DNA of 64,000 bases from Hormiphora californensis (lineage: Eukaryota > Animalia > Ctenophora): positions 6,696,001 through 6,760,000 of the forward strand of contig CM035352.1 in NCBI GenBank assembly GCA_020137815.1, read 5' to 3'. A program made the position numbers and the translations under genes. Of the stretch, positions 36,359-50,022 are shown piece by piece. The notes under the pieces are model-generated. The model worked only from the letters and a program-made list of their open reading frames with translations. It had not been told where the DNA came from and searched no databases. The number at the start of each line of letters is the position of its first letter. Within the stretch, counting starts at the first letter, position 1.

Positions 36359-37477
36359 ATGAGTCAGAAAGTCAGCAGAGAGATTAAAATGTTGTTAAAA
36401 GAACTCCGGAACACGGATACGGAAACATGGAAAGATGCTTTAGGTAATAACGAGATCTTTAACCGATATTATATCTAAGTTACATGGTCATGTTTCGTAT
36501 ACACTTTCAGTATTATGTAGCTCATTGATCTACCCAATATTCAACCGGTCGCTCCCTTTTTTCAATGCAGCTAACCCCTGGTAACCAACTCAACTCCTGC
36601 CCCTTCAATGTAACTAACTCAACCCCCTGGCCCTAATATATGCAACTAATACCACCCATATTACAGGTACAGCTGCAGAGTACCACCTGAACGGCACCAT
36701 ATCCTCCTCACCCCCTAAATCTCGTGTTTTGGTAGCTGGGTTCCTTTCCCTCCTCTCATCTCTCTCACGGAGGGAGCTAGGAAAACCTCGAAAAACTGTA
36801 GTTAACCAGATGAGAGAACTGGGGTTTGAGAAAGAGGTAAACACACCCTAATCCTCTATAACATCTCCTAAATTTGACTTCTCAGTTCACCCCAGAAGCT
36901 TTTATAGATATTCCTCTGTTTCTGATTTAACCTAATTTCTATTCAAATCAAGAGAATTATCAACTAGTTCCAACAACTAAACTATCCTCTATTAGGTTCT
37001 AGAGGCAGTGTTGGAGAGAACCCAGGACACCAATAATAATAACGATGAGGTGGTATATTCAGATGTTGACTGGAGGTTAGATGTCATTCTTAGTAATGAG
37101 TCGCTGGGGAAGGTTCTTCAACCCGAGGTAAATAGGGACCCGGCCATCCCCCTCCCCGCCCATGATAGCACCTGTCAGAGCATTGGCCTGACACCCTTGA
37201 AACACTGCACCCCAACAGTGCGATCAGATCGGGCGGGCGCCGCCAGACAGTTGAAAAATTTGTAGCACTTTAAATTTCAATCATGGTTGCCATGGTAACT
37301 AAAACACGCAACATGTTTCAGGTTCAAATGAAGATTTCATTGTCGGATGGAGAGACATTGGATCTCCAGTTGTCCCAACAAGAGTTCCACGCTCTCCGAC
37401 AATCCACGGCTAGAACACTTTTCGAGTTGTGCCAGCTGAAAGAAAGGAAGTTTATGCAACACTCTGCAACTTCATGA
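36359..37477 (+). CDS. COMMD5: COMM domain-containing protein, most like COMMD5; four exons
   Basis: DVDWRLDVILSNESLGKVLQPE|VQMKISLSDG...FHALRQSTARTLFEL matches the COMMD5 COMM domain pattern. Confidence 0.75.
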
Positions 37478-38066
37478 TTGGGGACCGGGGAGTTTGGAAC
37501 TTTATGATTCAGTGGGAGTTTGGAACTACATGATTTGGAATGTATATCTTGATAATCAGGTATGGAGTTGAAACTGGGGCTATAAAAACTCTTGAGAGAT
37601 GTTATACGAGATTTTCCAGTGATTATTTCCAAGAAGTGCGTTTGTCAATCAGAGTAATCTATGTTTTCAGAAATCAGAAACCGGGAGGGAGCTTGTTATG
37701 ATCTAACCCTCCTTTACATTTGTAAACAGAGTCTAGCTAGGCAAAAGGGAGCATTGAAATGTTCAACTTGGTGTTTTAGTTTGCTAATTGTGTATTGAAT
37801 TTATGTTGTGTGTATATTTTTCAATTTCTTTTAAGTTTGTAAATTTCCGTGTTTTGCAGAATATTATATGGACTCAATTGTGGAACTCAGCTCTAGGCAG
37901 TTCCCCCACTCGCTCGGGAACATTCCAATGACCAATTGTAATACACTGCACGCTATTATACAAGGACTCAAGTCTCAAAGACATAATCGGTGTCTTTGAA
38001 GAAACCATTCTTTCAAAAGTCGACATTCGGATTCCCAATCAACAACACTGAACAATTCACAATAGT

Positions 38067-39478
38067 TCAGTTGTAACTGAGTTGTTCGGCTATGCTATTA
38101 CTCCCTTGTTCCCCCACGGCTGCCCAATCAATGCTAATATTAACTGTCCTAATCCACTCAGTTATCCGTTCAAATAGCTCATCAGCCACGTAGGGGTGCC
38201 CGTAACTGCTGGAGTGGTAGAAGAAGGGAGCGTGCCGCCATGTCGTGTCCACCTTGTAGACCTATACATGGGAGGGAAGTATTATTACTGGAGGGCGAGA
38301 TGGGAGAAACAGTGAGCCATCAAATAGTTAGAAGGAGGTGAGAGAAACATGTTAGAGTGAGCCATCAAAAAGCTAGAAGGCATGGGAAAAGATGTAGTTT
38401 CATACCCGATCGTTAAGAGAGGCAAGACCATATGACGTCAGACGACTTGGTAGGACCTCTGTATCAGATCTTCGTAGTGTTGTGGGGAGCTGGTTGGCGG
38501 TGGGTGGTTGAGGGGCTGTCTTGATGAGAGGGAGGGAGTGTGTCACCTGTAGTGAAATGGGGGCTGGTTAGATTGTGACTGAAGCTAAAATCCCAATACC
38601 CGGCTGGGTGTTGGATCCTATCACGGACGGTAGTGTCGCTCAGATTTGTTACTCAATAAACTCAGATTGGGTGGGCGCTGCCAGACTGAGACTGAGAGAC
38701 ATATGTATTAAGTATTATGTACCCGGTATTTAGTTAGTCGATGGTTGGTGTGTTCCTGTTGTGTTCCCTCGTTTTGTGGTGTCCTCCGCTCCTTTCTGGT
38801 CCTCGTTGAGGGTCTAAATAGTTGCTGCTGGTGTTTCTCTGTTCTCCGTTGTTCCTGGGGGGGAGGGGGGTGTGAGCGAGAGAAACAGACAGACAGACAG
38901 AGACAGGGAGAGAGACAGACAGAGAAATAGGGAGAGAGACCTGAGACACACACACAAACCGTTTTGTTTTGTTCAGTGCGTGTTAGTTGTTCGAGGTATT
39001 TCTTGAGTTCGTCCTTCTTCATCTGGTAACTGCCCTTCGCTTTTACACTGGTTATCTGTTGTAGACCCTTCATACCGGCTCTTACTGCGTTCGCCTAGCG
39101 TTGTTCGAGAGGTTATTCGGTCTTTTATACGAGGTTTTGGAAGTATAAAAAATCGACTTGATTTGTTGAGGTAGGGGTGAACTTGCTCAACAAGTTTTGG
39201 TGGATTATCAAAACAACTTTGCTATATTGGGCCAATATTATTGGCCCATATTTGTCAGGCTAATATGCTCTGACCACAGTTCTTATTTGAAAGAATGAGA
39301 ATAGGGTCAGGCCAATGCTCTGACAGGCTCATAATATTACCGCTGGTGTAAGATGTAGTCTCCTGTCTGTTTGTGTTATGATCCCGGCGTGGTGGGTGGT
39401 GGACGATCTGTTCTGCTGATCCTGCTGTTTAGTGAGCCTATCCAGATTTAGTGTGAGACTCTGATACTCGCCGGCCAT
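38067..39478 (-). CDS. Uncharacterised multi-exon gene
   Basis: Series of AG/GT-bounded open segments (MAGEYQSL..., ANAVRAGMKG..., EQRRTEK..., DTLLPL..., VYKVDTTWRHAPFF...); one junction near 38600-38715 could not be resolved in frame. Confidence 0.4.
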
Positions 39479-39489
39479 CTACTGAGAGA

Positions 39490-39706
39490 GAGCATCAACT
39501 GAGAGAGGTTCAAGCATCAAGGTCCGAGCATCAACTAGGGGTTGAGAGAGGGTCGAGCATCAACGAGGGGTTGAGAGAGATTTGAGCATCAAGTAGGGGT
39601 TGGGAGAGGGTCAAGCATCAACAAGGGGTTGAGAGAGGTTCGAGCAAGGCATCAACTAGGGGTTGACTTTGAGAGAGGTTCGAGCAAGGCATCAACTAGG
39701 GGTTGA
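39490..39706 (+). repeat. Degenerate ~29-bp minisatellite
   Basis: gagcatcaactaggggttgagagagg units. Confidence 0.8.
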
Positions 39707-39967
39707 AAAGTTATTTATCAAGCTCTTCTCGAATTTCTATAGAAATCCTTTTTCTCCCAGACAGACAAACTCGGCTAGTAGTTAGTACACTAGCTGAGTA
39801 GTAGAACATCAGCTTGCAATCAGTGAAAGGTCAAGGTGTAATACAGCAGTCTCTCTCTCTCTCTCTCTCCCCCTCTCTCTCTCCCTCTCTCTCTCCCCCG
39901 ATGTCTGAAGTAGAACGCCACAGATCCAACATGCACACAGCTTTATACTTTTTAACAGTAGTGTCCC

Positions 39968-40042
<75 letters not shown>

Positions 40043-40471
40043 TTCAGTATCTCTATCTCTCTTTCTCCACTTTTTAGACCCGTATATTTTTGAACCACCT
40101 ACATGTTCATCCCCCACACCAAGCACTAGAAAAAGTAGTGTAATTGTACAAATCGTGGCTCCGAGAAACAATGATTCAAAGAAAGAAATCAAGATAAAAA
40201 ACACTCCAATATCGAAACACTAGATACTTCTTGTTAAAGGAGCAGAAAGGAGAGAAACAAGGAAAGAACGGCCGTGTACTATTTCAAAGTGCATGGGAGC
40301 CAGCTCTCAGGGGGCGGCATAGTTTGTCAATAGAGAAAAAAGATAGAGAAAGATAGAAAAAGATAGAGTGAGTGAACGGTGGTGGTCCTCAATTGTTAAA
40401 CGGTGCACCATGATAGTATAGCACCTTTTAAAAACCTAGGTCAGGATGATACGTGTAATCTTACCCTAACC

Positions 40472-40935
40472 GTCCCTAACCTCAACTCCCTATTTACTAA
40501 CTTCAACTCTTCATTTCCTAACTTCAACAGACAACACCCCATTTCCTAACCTCAACACCCATTTCCTAAACTCAACTCCCCGTTTCCTAACCCCAACTCC
40601 CCATTTGCTAACCTGAGGTTAGTTGAGTTAGTAACCTCAACTTCCCAGTTCCTAACCTCAACAGACAACATCCCATTTGCTAACCTCAACCTCCATTTCC
40701 TAACCTCAACTTCCCATTTCCTAACTTCAACACCCCATTTCCTAACCTCAACCCCCATTTCCTGACATCAACTTCCCATTTCCTAACCTCAACTCCATAT
40801 TTCCTAACCTCAACGCCCCATTTCCTAACCTCAACAGACAACACCCCATTTCCTAACTTCAACACCCCATTTCCTAACCTCAACTCTTCATTTCCTAATC
40901 TCAACTCCCCAATTCCTAACCTAAACTTCCCATTT
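40472..40935 (+). repeat. 21-bp minisatellite
   Basis: cctaacctcaactccccattt units. Confidence 0.85.
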
Positions 40936-41031
40936 CATAGTCTGCGACCAGGTACGTACCTTGGGCCTACCACTAGACGACCAGCCAATACCCACGACAA
41001 ATCACACTACAGTCTATATGTCATATCTGGG

Positions 41032-41735
41032 TAAATATTCATTCGCCGCAGACGTCGTTTACTGTCTAGACGCCGTCTAGACGGGTTTTCTGTCTGGACG
41101 GCGTCTAGACGGAGTCAGGCTCAGACGGAGTCAGACTTGGTATCCAAGACACTTGGTATCCAAGACACCTCACACTCAGGCCGCTTCGCGGCCTTCGTTT
41201 GGCGCGCTTCGCGCGCCGGCAAGGGAGGGGTAACTTCGTTACCAAGAGTCAGACGGGATTGAGACGTGCCGTTTGGACGACCCGTCTGAAACGGTCTCTA
41301 CCCGTTTAAAAACGGTGTTAGACGGAATTGGACAAAATCAGACGGTGTTCGACGAAATCAGATGGAACCTCAGAAATCAGACCAAACCCGTCTCAAACCC
41401 GTCTGAACGTCACCAATATAAATTCCGTCTCAAGCCCATCTGACTCCGTCTCTAGCCCGTATGTGTCGAAACAGAAACCCGTCTAGACGACGTCTGGAGC
41501 AAAACCCGTCTAGACGAGTAGACGGGTTTCGGCCCATTCGGTCAGACGGGCTTGAGACGGAATTTCTATAGGTGACGTTCATGTCAGACGTGCTTGTGTC
41601 TGAGACGGGTTTGGTTTCCGTCTAACTTCTGATTTCGTCGACGCGAACACCGTTTGATTTCGTCCAATTCGTCTAATTCCGTTGAAACGACTAGAGACCG
41701 TGTCTAAACGGCATGTCTGCAGCAAATAAATATTT
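41032..41735. mobile_element. Probable MITE rich in cgtctagacg palindromic motifs
   Basis: Termini aaatattcattcgccgcagac / gtctgcagcaaataaatattt; many agacg/cgtct motifs; internal GC hairpins at ~41180-41217. Confidence 0.5.
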
Positions 41736-41961
41736 GAATATTCAATTGCTGCAGACGTCGTCCAAATATATTTGCCTCATATCTGTCTGTCTGTCTGTCG
41801 GTGTGTCAGTCTGTCTGTATATCTGTCTGTGACATTATCGCCCTGTGCTTCCCGTGAATCCCGCTTTTCGCGCGTCAATTGTTATTGTGATGTCGCTGCG
41901 CGTTACTGACATGTGCATATTGTTTTTTTCTTAAGTTCACAATTCAGTTAATGAACAATTA

Positions 41962-42180
41962 AAGTCGGATTTTTTGAAACTGTCGCACCCCTGAAATAAC
42001 AAAATGTGTCATATCTCCGATTCTTGATAAGATAGAGACTTGAAATTTGGAGGTTCGGAAGAACTTAGCAAGATCTTCGTAACCTCCAAATTTCAAGTCT
42101 CTATCTCATCAGAAACCGGACTTATGGTCATTTAAAGAAATTTTAAAACTCTAAAAAACGACAGTTATCTAAAATCAGAC
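41962..42180. mobile_element. MITE family A, copy 2
   Basis: Near-identical to 52392-52612, with a degenerate right TIR. Confidence 0.75.
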
Positions 42181-42716
42181 TATACATGTACTTTTGGTGT
42201 CAATTCTAGTCTTTCTAGACAAATATCGATGAATGTCTTTATGACAGGTCCAATGCCATATTGTGAACAGTGTTTCGTGATACTGATTGATATGTGGAAT
42301 GTTGAATTTCATCATTAATTTCATTGAACTATCATAACTTCGGATCTCATTGTACTGAAGAACTTATAAATGTTGAACAATTGACATATTCACAGAACTA
42401 AAATATATACATCTTCATTCGTTTGATTATAAAAGAAAGCATAAACTGATAATTTAACTACAAACTTATCTAAAATTTAGAAATCTATACACACCTAAAA
42501 ATGGAACACTAATAAAAAGAAACTAAAAAATAAAAAGCTCACTGCACAGCCCTAACTAAATCTCACTATAACACTCAAATGTTCGCATTGTCAGACTTGG
42601 CAGGGAATGCCGAACTTCACCATCCAGTGTCGTTTAGGACAATGTAGAACAGGACGACGAATGTCCCCTGAAAATGGTGAAGTTGCACCTGCCGGCTAAA
42701 AAGAGGGGGCTCACAC

Positions 42717-45700
42717 TCAAATGTTGGCATTGTCATCATTAGACTTGACAGGGAACTCATGTTTCCCAGGGTTGTTTGCATACTCAGCAGTGGAGTACGT
42801 GTGATCTTCCTCAGCGCCCTGGTCAGCTGCCTGGTTCTCGTATATGTTCTCATCCGTCTTGACTGGCTTCGCTGCCGTCGAGGGCATGGTGGTGTTTTTG
42901 GTTGAGGCAGCAGCTGCGGAGGAGCTGGTGGTGGTTTTCTTGGCCTCTGCGAAACCGAACTTCACCATCCAGTGTGTCTTGACTTGATCGTTTAGCACGA
43001 TGTAAAACAGGAAGACGAATGTTCCCTGAAAATGGAGGGGGTGAAGTTGCACCTGCCGGCTAAAAAGGGAGGGTGGATAAAGGAAGGTATTGAATAGGGA
43101 TTTAATAGTACGATCTAATAAGACTATAAGATTATATCTAGTTCTATAATAAAATACCTGAGTGCTATTGAGAATAATAAAGAGGTACTGCATGTAGACT
43201 TGGAACTCAGGAACTGGAACCGACATGAATATCCCAATGAACCAGCCCGTACCCAGAAGAACCATTACTCCGACCGCCGCTTTGAGTTGTCGCTAAGAAA
43301 ATATTGGGGTTAGGAGTGTCTGCAAACTTGCGATCCTCTAAAACAGATCTATACAATTTGATATGTGCTATCAGATAACTATCAATGTTAACAGTTTCTT
43401 ACCAGCATTTGTTCGTTATCGGAGATATTCCCGGAGCTTTTGGAGTTCTTGATGACCTTGGCGACCAGTGCGAAGAAGACCAGGTTGATGATGATACAGA
43501 GACAGAGGGGGGTGAGGAAGAGCGTATAAAAGGCAATGGTTTCAGGTTTGATGAAACACATCGTCTCAGCCATATAATTATGGTCGATTAGAGATACGGC
43601 TTGTTCCCCCTCCCCGACTGTGTATGAATTGGTGAACACAAAGTAACCGATCAGGGGGAAAGGAACTGGAATCACTGAAAATAGGGAGGGGGTGTCAGCA
43701 CTCATCTTCTGGGTCAAAACACAGGGTATAAAGCATCGAATAATAAGAACAAGGTTTAACTTACACCACGCAGCCAGGTTGAATTTCAGCATGTATTTGG
43801 AGATGTGTGAGCCGAAGACCTGGACCAGTGAGAGGTACATGAGGAAACCCTCGATAATCATCCACATGAACACAACCAGCCAAAGGTAGTGCTGGAGCAT
43901 TGTGTATACCGCACATCCAGTGGATCTCTGTAGGAGAGAGAAAGAGAGGGTTAGTTTTCATTTTAAAAGAACGCTATCAATTTCTATGATCGCATCGTCA
44001 TCAGACTCAAATTATCTTTTTTATTATAACTAGTAAACCCGTTCGCCCTACGGGCGAATTTCGCAGAAATGGTAGCTGGATTAGGAAACAGTGACATCAC
44101 CAGTCGAACTGCTGACATGCACTATCCCTACGGCAACGTGAAAGGAGCTCAGGCGGGATCGCTGCGAGTTTTAGAACGCCAGAAGATGATCAGGCGATCA
44201 AAGTGATAAAAGCACTATTTTGCAGATTCCTCGCATTTCGTCAGATTGTGGTCATCTGCCTTAATCTCTGAGATTGATCATCGGTTCTGTTTTATCTCCA
44301 ACGTCTTGTTCGTTCTCTCTGCACTTCTCTTGGTGTTGCCGCATTTTAACCCCTCAGTGTATGGAAAAGTAGAGAACAGCAGTCGGATCTTGCATGAGTA
44401 ACTCAAATTGTCGCTGTCGTATATCAGCAGTTGTTGAAGAGAGCATATAATTAGCTGGAACAGTGACGCAATTGGTTGAAAAAAAACGTTATACGGAAAA
44501 CCCGGGGGCTTTTTTTAAAGGGGAGTGTTGGAAACCGGGTGGCCCACAAAAATTCCCCGGACAGTCCCCGAAGAAAAACCCAAAGGTTTGATTTCGAGAA
44601 TTTTGGGGTTAGGAAGGTTGGCAATTTTTTTAAAAAAACAAATTTTGGTTCACCATATAATTAATTTTCTTAAGTTTTGTTGCCCCCCCTTTCCCCGACT
44701 TTTGGGTTTTTGGTGACCGGCCGACGGGGGAAAAGGAAAACCTAAAATTTTGAAAAGGGAGGGGGTGGGCACTTAATCCGGGGTTTTTTTAAAACACAGG
44801 GTAATAAAGTCGAAGAAAAAACGGTTTTTCCCCCCCCCGGTTTAATTTCAAAAAGAAACTTAGGGGGAAACCAAACCCCGGGAAACATGAAAATGGGGGG
44901 GGGAAACCCTTTTTGGGGTAAAACCCCAAACATGAAAAAAGAAAGGGTTTTAACCTTAAGCATTTGATTTCCCCGAAATCCTTGGATTTGAGGAGAGGAA
45001 AGTAGGGTTTTAATTTTTAAATTTTAAAAGAAAACCACCAATTCGGAAAATTGGATCCCCTCCAGGGCTCGTTAAAAAAAAAAATTTTAAAAAACGCTAT
45101 CTTTCAGGGGATGGGGGGGTCAAGGGGCCCCCAAATTTAATCTTTTTTATTAAAAATTATACAGTCGGCCCCGTTTTAAACCCCGGCCCCGATTGATCAA
45201 ACCCCCCCCGTTTAAATCAGAACCCCCCTTTCCCCCGGGAGGAAATTTCCCCCGTTTAAAAGGAAATAAAAACGGTATTTGACCCGTTTAACCGGGCCAA
45301 CCCCGTTTAAAACCGGGAAAAATGGCTTCCCCTGGGGAACCCCGGAAAATTTGGGGGCCCCGGAAAACCAAAACCGAAAATATAAAAAAGGGCCCCAATT
45401 TTGAGGCTCACCCGGCCACTGCGTATCGTAAAATGAAAAGGTTTGGCCCTTTTTCGGTTTTTACTTTATTTTTGGGGCATCTGTCGGGGGGAAAACTGAA
45501 AATCTAGAATTTACTAAAGCCCCAAAATTTTCCCTCGGCCCAAAAAAAAGGTTGCCCATAACCCTCCATTGCAAATCAAGATTGTTATTCTCGGTCCAAA
45601 AAGTGTCAGATCCACTAGTAGATGGAATACAATGAAAGAAACTAGGCTAGACTGCGGTTTGAACTTACAAGTTTTATGACCCCGTTGTTATCAGACTTGA

Positions 45701-46204
45701 TAAAGAGATCCTGGACCAGGAACAGAAGGGATGCTAGGATGAGGGACACGGTGAAACACACGTTTATCTTGGCTGATCTGGTTTTCCGGAGTTCCGCAGC
45801 GGGAAGCAGGAAGCACAGGGTTAGGGCTAGGCCAAGGGTTGAGATTCCCAGCAGGATCCATGTTAGATAGGATTGGGCCACTGCATACCCTCGGTCAATC
45901 TCATAGGCAGACTAGGGAAAATAGAGATGTATATAAGTATAGCAGATATTCGTAATAAAAGGAAGGATTATACTCATGCAGACACTTTTAGAGCATCAGT
46001 ATTAGAACACTCACCATCAGAACAGCAAAGCTAGTGTTATGATTGCAAATACAGATCACTCCTCTACTAGGATCCATTTTATCGTAGATAGTTTTACAAC
46101 TCTCCTCCCACTTTCCCTTTGCCTCGTTGTACATGGCGCAAAGGTATTGGATCTGGACCCGGGTACCACTTGCACCCGTGTTTAGACTTGTCTTAGAATC
46201 ACCC
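42717..46204 (-). CDS. Adhesion (secretin-like) GPCR: GPS motif and 7TM exons
   Basis: Exon ~46014-46204 CAMYNEAKGKWEESC...CICNHNTSFAVLM (GPS); TM exons with ELRKTRSAKINVCF, GCAVYTMLQHYLWLVVFMWMIIEG, CFIKP, VLLGTGWFIG, QYLFIILNSTQ|GTFVFLFYIVLNDQVKTHW. Confidence 0.9.
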
Positions 46205-46298
46205 TGTAGTGGTTGATGGAGCGTTATTAGTGGGGTAAAATAACGTTCTGTTCGAATAATTTCATCATATTAGTTTATTTTGTACTAAAAACACAATA

Positions 46299-46477
46299 CA
46301 GTCGGACCCCGATTTAACGGCCCCCGATTTAGCGGCCCCCCGATTTAACGGCAGCCTAATCTTCCCCTGATATAGAAAATCAACAGTATTTGACCCCGAT
46401 TTAGCGCTATAGCGGACACCCCGATTTAACGGACAAAACCCTTTCCCCGAGGGTGCCGTTAAATCGGGGTCCGACTG
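46299..46477. mobile_element. MITE family B (TA TSD), second copy
   Basis: Same TIR as 20189-20343. Confidence 0.8.
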
Positions 46478-46763
46478 TATAAGATTAGATGGCTGGTTAA
46501 TATGGTCTATTACTATTTAGTGCACGAGGCCGAAGGCCGAGTGTTCTAAATACAACAATAATTAACCGAGACCAATAGGTCGAGGTAGATTCTTTTACTT
46601 AGCTGCCGAGCCTGCGAGGCACGCTAATTGCAACTACAACTAAAGAATCTTTAACATGTAATAGAGCATGTAAAAGCAGTCATCTAATTTTATTGGATGA
46701 TTTTGAAAACAAACTGAGTGAACGAGATAAGTATTGAGTGAGAGAGAGAACTGAGAAAGAGAA

Positions 46764-46837
<74 letters not shown>

Positions 46838-48132
46838 GGAAAGAGAGAATCGAAGGCAGAGGGAAAGCAGATGCCTAGGACGCTCATTGGGGTGGTGCCA
46901 TCACGTGACGATCACGTGACCTATAGTTGCAGAGGGGAAGAAAAGATAAGAAAAGATAAGTTAGGGCGTGTGCAGGGTTAGGCGTGTGCAGTAATGTTTA
47001 CACTGTGTGTGTGACTAGAAAGTGTCTAATTTTTCACATACCACGTTGCAACGGTATTTTACTTTATAATTACTAGTGTTTTGCAGTGGTCTAAGTTTTC
47101 ATAGTGGACTGTCCCCCTTGGGCTAAATGTGTTGACCAGGAAAAGGTGCCCTAGAAAAAATTAGATCCCCCAGGGCAAAATTGTCCAAAAAGTTTAAAAG
47201 ACTTTACAATAACAATTTTTAGGGGCGTGAAGAATCAAGCTGAAAGCCCCCTATCGTCAAAAAATCAAAAGGGTTAACCGTTTCCTCGGGGTTTTCAGAG
47301 AGTTCCCCTACGTCCCTTTTACTGGTTTGTGTCCCTTTGTCCCCCCCCACCGTCACTCTCCAAAATTTTCCCCATTATTCAAACAACCGAAGCTTCTTGG
47401 CTTTCTCTTTCGCCCCCTTCCCCTCCGTTTTGCGACGGGGGGAGGAATATCGGCATCGGGAGCATAGGGTCGGGCCGGTGTTAGGGGCGATAGCATGTCC
47501 CGCTGGGTGGATACTCCGCTGGATTTTGTCTGGATCTGATGGGATATAATCAGTTATAAAAGGGATATTATATATTGTGATTAATTAATTAGTTTCTGAT
47601 AGGGGGAATAAAAAAAACCAAATTACCCTTAGCGGGGGGTAGCCTTTTCCCGGTTTCCCGCTTGTCCCGCGGTCGCGGGGGGGGGTTTATGATTTTTTTG
47701 GGTTTCCCCTGTTTTTTTTCCGTTGGTAACAATTCAAAACTTTAAATCGGGGACCACTTTAAAGGAAAAAATCCAAAAGGTTTTTTACAAAAATTTTTTG
47801 AAAAGTAAAAATTGCAATCTGAATCTCTTGACTTCATCTCCTCAAAATATACTCCTCTTTCTCTGGCATTCTCTCACTCTACATCAAGGTATCACTCTCA
47901 CTCTGACTCTCTCTATCTCAAACACATTCTCTCTCTAAATCTCTCCAACTCTCAGACTCTAAATCTCTCCAACTCTCTCTTCTCTCATAATCTCACTCTA
48001 AATCTGCGCTACTCCTCGCGAGACTCACGGACTGACAGTTAATTCATGTTGCCACGCTAACTGGTCGAAGCTGCGCCTATTAGGGACCACTCCAAACCGG
48101 ACGTAGCGTCTCACCACGACTTAACTGCCAAC

Positions 48133-48279
<147 letters not shown>

Positions 48280-49618
48280 CTATCTCTCTCTATCTCTATA
48301 TCTCACTCTATCTCACTCTGGCTTGTTCTGTGAATGCACGTATGAATATGTGACTTTATGACAAGATTGATAATATGACAATACAGATATAATAAGAAGC
48401 AAGCCCTAATTTCTAAGCAGAGTGCACAGGTGCACATACGCCCCCTCATTGGGGTGAGAGTCACCCTCTGCTCCCCTCTGAAGCTTCGTACATGGTACCG
48501 TGACTTTAAGACAGAAACATACACTTTTCTGAACGACCAATCATGAAGATTCAATCTGTGTGCTGTAAAACCAATCAATAGGCCAAATCTTCATAATCAG
48601 AGGCTCTCTTTCCTCACTCAGAAAACGAATAAATGACCATTAGTGGCGAATAATTCAATGGATAAATAAATAAATAATAAACTTGTGATGCTAAAAGGGT
48701 AAAACAATTGATAGAAACTCGGTCGGACACTCTTTCTATAGGTTGGAGAAACATATGCCCTCACTTGACACACTCACTTATCAGACTGCTGACTGAATTC
48801 ACTGAGCTGAACACACTTATCACACAGAACTCTCTGAACACACTTATCACACTAAACTCACTGAAAACACACATCTCACTAAGCTCACTGAACACACTTA
48901 TAACACTGAAGACTTGCTTGGCATCTTCACTTAAACACTCAACTAGTATCTTAAACAAACACACTCATTCGCTTAGTATCTCACTGGTACACGTCGCGTT
49001 GGTAATATGTACCACTAATAGTAATATCATATAAACATAGGCACGACTCGAATGGACTAAAAACAGCACATGACAATAAACAAAACAAACTCAAAGAACA
49101 GGACATAAACAAAACAGTAACACGCCCTCCTGTAAAGCACACATGACTGCCAGGACCGATCAGTAATCTCAGGTGACGCCCAGACAATGTCACTCTGTGA
49201 CTCACAGAGATCACAGGACAATGTCACAGAGATCACAAGACAACTTCACAGAACTATCAACACATGTAGCGAAGATGTAAAACTAGATACTCAGAGAAAG
49301 GAAGGATGTTGAGCGGTACCAACACAAGCCTGCGATGGCGAATGGTTCGCATCAAGATTCAAATACCAATCAGCACAAGTGATGCGATTACCTGTACTCA
49401 AAGATATCCAAACCTTCCAAACGCCAGGAAAATGTGGCCTCTCAACCATACACAAACACACTGACACACAAAAGAAAGGGTAGAGAAACTAGAAGACTAG
49501 ACGGGCGCCTAAAACATGAAACAGGAGGGCAGGACCCGGGTCGACAGGACAATCCAGTACTGGAAGACAATGGTATACCATGTAGACAATCTGCAGATAT
49601 AACCTAACAGCCGGCTCT

Positions 49619-49806
49619 AAAACTCGCAAAATCCTCAAAAGCTCGCAAAATCTTCAAAAACTCGCAAAATCCTCAAAAACTCGCAAAATCTTCAAAAACT
49701 CGCAAAATCCTCAAAAACTCGCAAAATCTTCAAACACTTGCAAAATCCTCAAAAACTCGTAAAATCTTCAAACACTCGCAAAATCCTTAAAAGCTCGTAA
49801 AATCTT
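49619..49806 (+). repeat. 20-bp minisatellite
   Basis: aaaactcgcaaaatc(c/t)tca, alternating variants. Confidence 0.85.
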
Positions 49807-49943
49807 GTATTGTTCATACTATTATTTTTTTATAAAAAAAATAATAGTATGAACAATACAAGCTTGTCCTTGTACAGCTCCTTGTACTAGAGAATCTCGC
49901 AACCTGAACGTGACAAAAAGTGGAAGTTTTTATGATGTAATGC

Positions 49944-50022
<79 letters not shown>

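Noticed and set aside
44475-45560. Unusual homopolymer-rich region with short ORFs
   Set aside because: Contains a garbled copy of MITE family B; sequencing noise
47090-47820. Homopolymer-rich region possibly hiding GPCR exons
   Set aside because: Too noisy to translate reliably
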